Notes under the pieces: model-generated
What the model saw: only the letters and a program-made list of their open reading frames with translations
What the model was told of the DNA's origin: nothing
Database searches by the model: none
Translations under genes and position numbers: made by a program
DNA from: Candidatus Anstonellales archaeon
GTDB lineage: Archaea; Micrarchaeota; Micrarchaeia; Anstonellales; J096
DNA length: 64,000 nt
Assembly (NCBI GenBank): GCA_038896535.1
Contig: JAWACY010000001.1
Span: forward strand, 262,488 to 326,487
Direction: 5' to 3'
Shown: one piece after another, positions 62,508-64,000 of the stretch
Layout of the letters: each line of letters opens with the position of its first letter
Position numbering within the stretch: position 1 is the stretch's first letter

Positions 62508-62705
62508 TCATTCTCTTATGTAAGGTATTATATCATCCATTAGCTCTACATGGCCTAAGAACATTCTTCTGCAACAATATCTCTTTATGCCAAGATCATC
62601 AAAAACTTGTTCTGGTTTTTCTCCAGCATTTACTTTTTCTTTATAATGCTTCCACAGATGTGCTAAAACCTTTCCACAAGAAAAACATCTTACAGGAAAT
62701 TCCAT
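62508..62705 (-). CDS. rpoN: DNA-directed RNA polymerase subunit N (Rpo10)
   Basis: 65 aa. [10 protein letters not shown]...RYCCRRM zinc-binding motif of Rpo10. Confidence 0.85.
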   Translation of the reverse strand: MEFPVRCFSCGKVLAHLWKHYKEKVNAGEKPEQVFDDLGIKRYCCRRMFLGHVELMDDIIPYIRE

Positions 62706-62722
62706 GAAACCACCTATATAAA

Positions 62723-63190
62723 TTACCTATAGCTTTTCTGGAACCTTGCCCTTGCTTTTCTGCCTTTGTATTTCTTTGGCTCAACCCTTCTCGTATCTTC
62801 AACAACAAGCGATTTATCAATGTTATAATATGTTTTAAGTAATTCATTATCATTAAGATATTCGGATATGCCAACTGCTATTGCTCTTCTTGCTGCTTGT
62901 ATTTGCCCCATTAAGCCGCCGCCCTTTGCATTAACTACAATATCTAAATTTTCTTCATTAGCTTTTGGAGCTAATATTAATGGCTCTAATAACATATGTT
63001 TCAAATACTCATTTTCAATTGCATCTGCAGAAATGCCATTAAAAATAAGCCTTGTTTTCTTGCCCTTTTTTATTCTGGCTATTGCTATAGCCCTTTTTCT
63101 CTTTCCCCTAGCTACAACAACCCTTACTTGGCCCTTTTTTTCTTTATCCTTTATATTTTTTGCCCTGACATTTTTTGTACTCCTAACCAT
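62723..63190 (-). CDS. rps9: 30S ribosomal protein S9 (uS9)
   Basis: 155 aa. uS9 fold, C-terminal …[13 protein letters not shown]. Confidence 0.9.
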   Translation of the reverse strand: MVRSTKNVRAKNIKDKEKKGQVRVVVARGKRKRAIAIARIKKGKKTRLIFNGISADAIENEYLKHMLLEPLILAPKANEENLDIVVNAKGGGLMGQIQAARRAIAVGISEYLNDNELLKTYYNIDKSLVVEDTRRVEPKKYKGRKARARFQKSYR

Positions 63191-63191
63191 T

Positions 63192-63602
63192 TTATCCCTT
63201 CCATCCTAAATATGAGCATAAATCTGCCATTGTTATGTAATTTTTTAATTCTTTCATTGCCTCATCTACCTTTGTGCCTTGAACATTTAAAGGATTGCCT
63301 ATATAAACCTTTAACCTCTTGAAAGCTTGCCTTCCTTTTGCTTTCTTTCTTGGCAACATTCCTCTTATAATGCGCCTTAATAAAAGGTTTGGCACTTTCG
63401 GCCATTTTGGACTTTTTTCTGGATTTTGTTTTGTTTGCAAATTCCTTCTTGTTTTATATTTTCTTATTATGTATTCCTTATTTCCAGATATTAATGCTTT
63501 TTCAGCATTTATAATTACAACCTGCTCTCCATTTAGCAATGCCTTTGCAACCTTGCTTGCAAGCCTTCCCAATACAGCATTTTCCGCATCTATTACCAGC
63601 AT
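63192..63602 (-). CDS. rpl13: 50S ribosomal protein L13 (uL13)
   Basis: MLVIDAENAVLGRLASKVAK is the uL13 N-terminal signature. Confidence 0.9.
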   Translation of the reverse strand: MLVIDAENAVLGRLASKVAKALLNGEQVVIINAEKALISGNKEYIIRKYKTRRNLQTKQNPEKSPKWPKVPNLLLRRIIRGMLPRKKAKGRQAFKRLKVYIGNPLNVQGTKVDEAMKELKNYITMADLCSYLGWKG

Positions 63603-63610
63603 GTCACCAC

Positions 63611-63952
63611 CTATACTATTATCATTACATCTTGAAAATTTTTTATCTCATTATGGGCTTGTTTTATCGATATTGCCTTTCCTCCAATGTTTTCTATCCC
63701 CTGCTTTGCTTTTTTACTATAAGAAAAAGCAGCCACAACAATCTTTTTTGTTAATGTTCCATTACCAAGCACTTTTCCTGGCACTATGACAGTTTTTCCT
63801 TCTTCTACAAATTTTTCTATCTTCTCCAAGTTAACAACGACCCTCTTTCTTCTAGGCTTTTCAATTAGCTTCAATACTGCTCTCCAAAAAGGCCTTTTAT
63901 CCTTTTTTAGAGTATTTATTGTGTCCAATAATTCAGCATTTTCAATATTCAT
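63611..63952 (-). CDS. rpl18e: 50S ribosomal protein L18e
   Basis: 113 aa. Basic N-terminus and conserved position upstream of L13 in the archaeal cluster. Confidence 0.75.
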   Translation of the reverse strand: MNIENAELLDTINTLKKDKRPFWRAVLKLIEKPRRKRVVVNLEKIEKFVEEGKTVIVPGKVLGNGTLTKKIVVAAFSYSKKAKQGIENIGGKAISIKQAHNEIKNFQDVMIIV

Positions 63953-64000
63953 TTTATCACCAATACACGCGCAGTGCGCTCGCTCCTTGTAAAAGGAACT

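Overview
This window reads as an AT-rich (about 30% GC) archaeal chromosomal segment; the overall gene content would fit a DPANN-like or other small-genome archaeon, but that is only an inference. Most genes are on the minus strand. It includes a complete A1A0 ATP synthase operon (atpH-I-K-E-C-F-A plus the start of atpB at the window edge), translation and transcription operons (L44e-S27e-aIF2alpha; RpoE'-Spt4-S26e; S13-S4-S11-RpoD-L41e; L1-L10-L12; L18e-L13-S9-RpoN-tRNAPro-S2; L10e), a thermosome gene, LonB, split class II RNR, DinB, CorA and an S2P protease. I found six tRNAs, two of which (Ser-GGA and Pro-GGG) carry a 16-17 nt insertion in the T-loop. The S27e and L41e genes are below the ORF-track length cutoff and were found by hand. 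Accessory content: a type II R-M pair (M.TaqI-like gamma-class N6A MTase with a convergent PD-(D/E)xK nuclease) inserted next to an L1-L10-L12 cluster that lacks L11; an orphan N4/N6 DNA MTase; an archaeal pilin and large glycosylated surface proteins; and a glycosylation cluster (GT2, FkbM) containing a VirB2/TrbC-like small membrane protein. The most unusual structure is a pair of tandem arrays of about 65-bp units, each with a 10-bp-stem hairpin (GTAAGAAGGC...GCCTTCTTAC). One array starts immediately after tRNA-Ile (about 24.5 kb) and the other lies in inverted orientation between lonB and a transporter gene (about 57.7 kb), so the two arrays bracket about 33 kb. The canonical S13...S2 ribosomal/RNAP supercluster is split into two blocks about 41 kb apart. 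All calls come from reading the translated ORFs and sequence motifs by eye; no searches were run.
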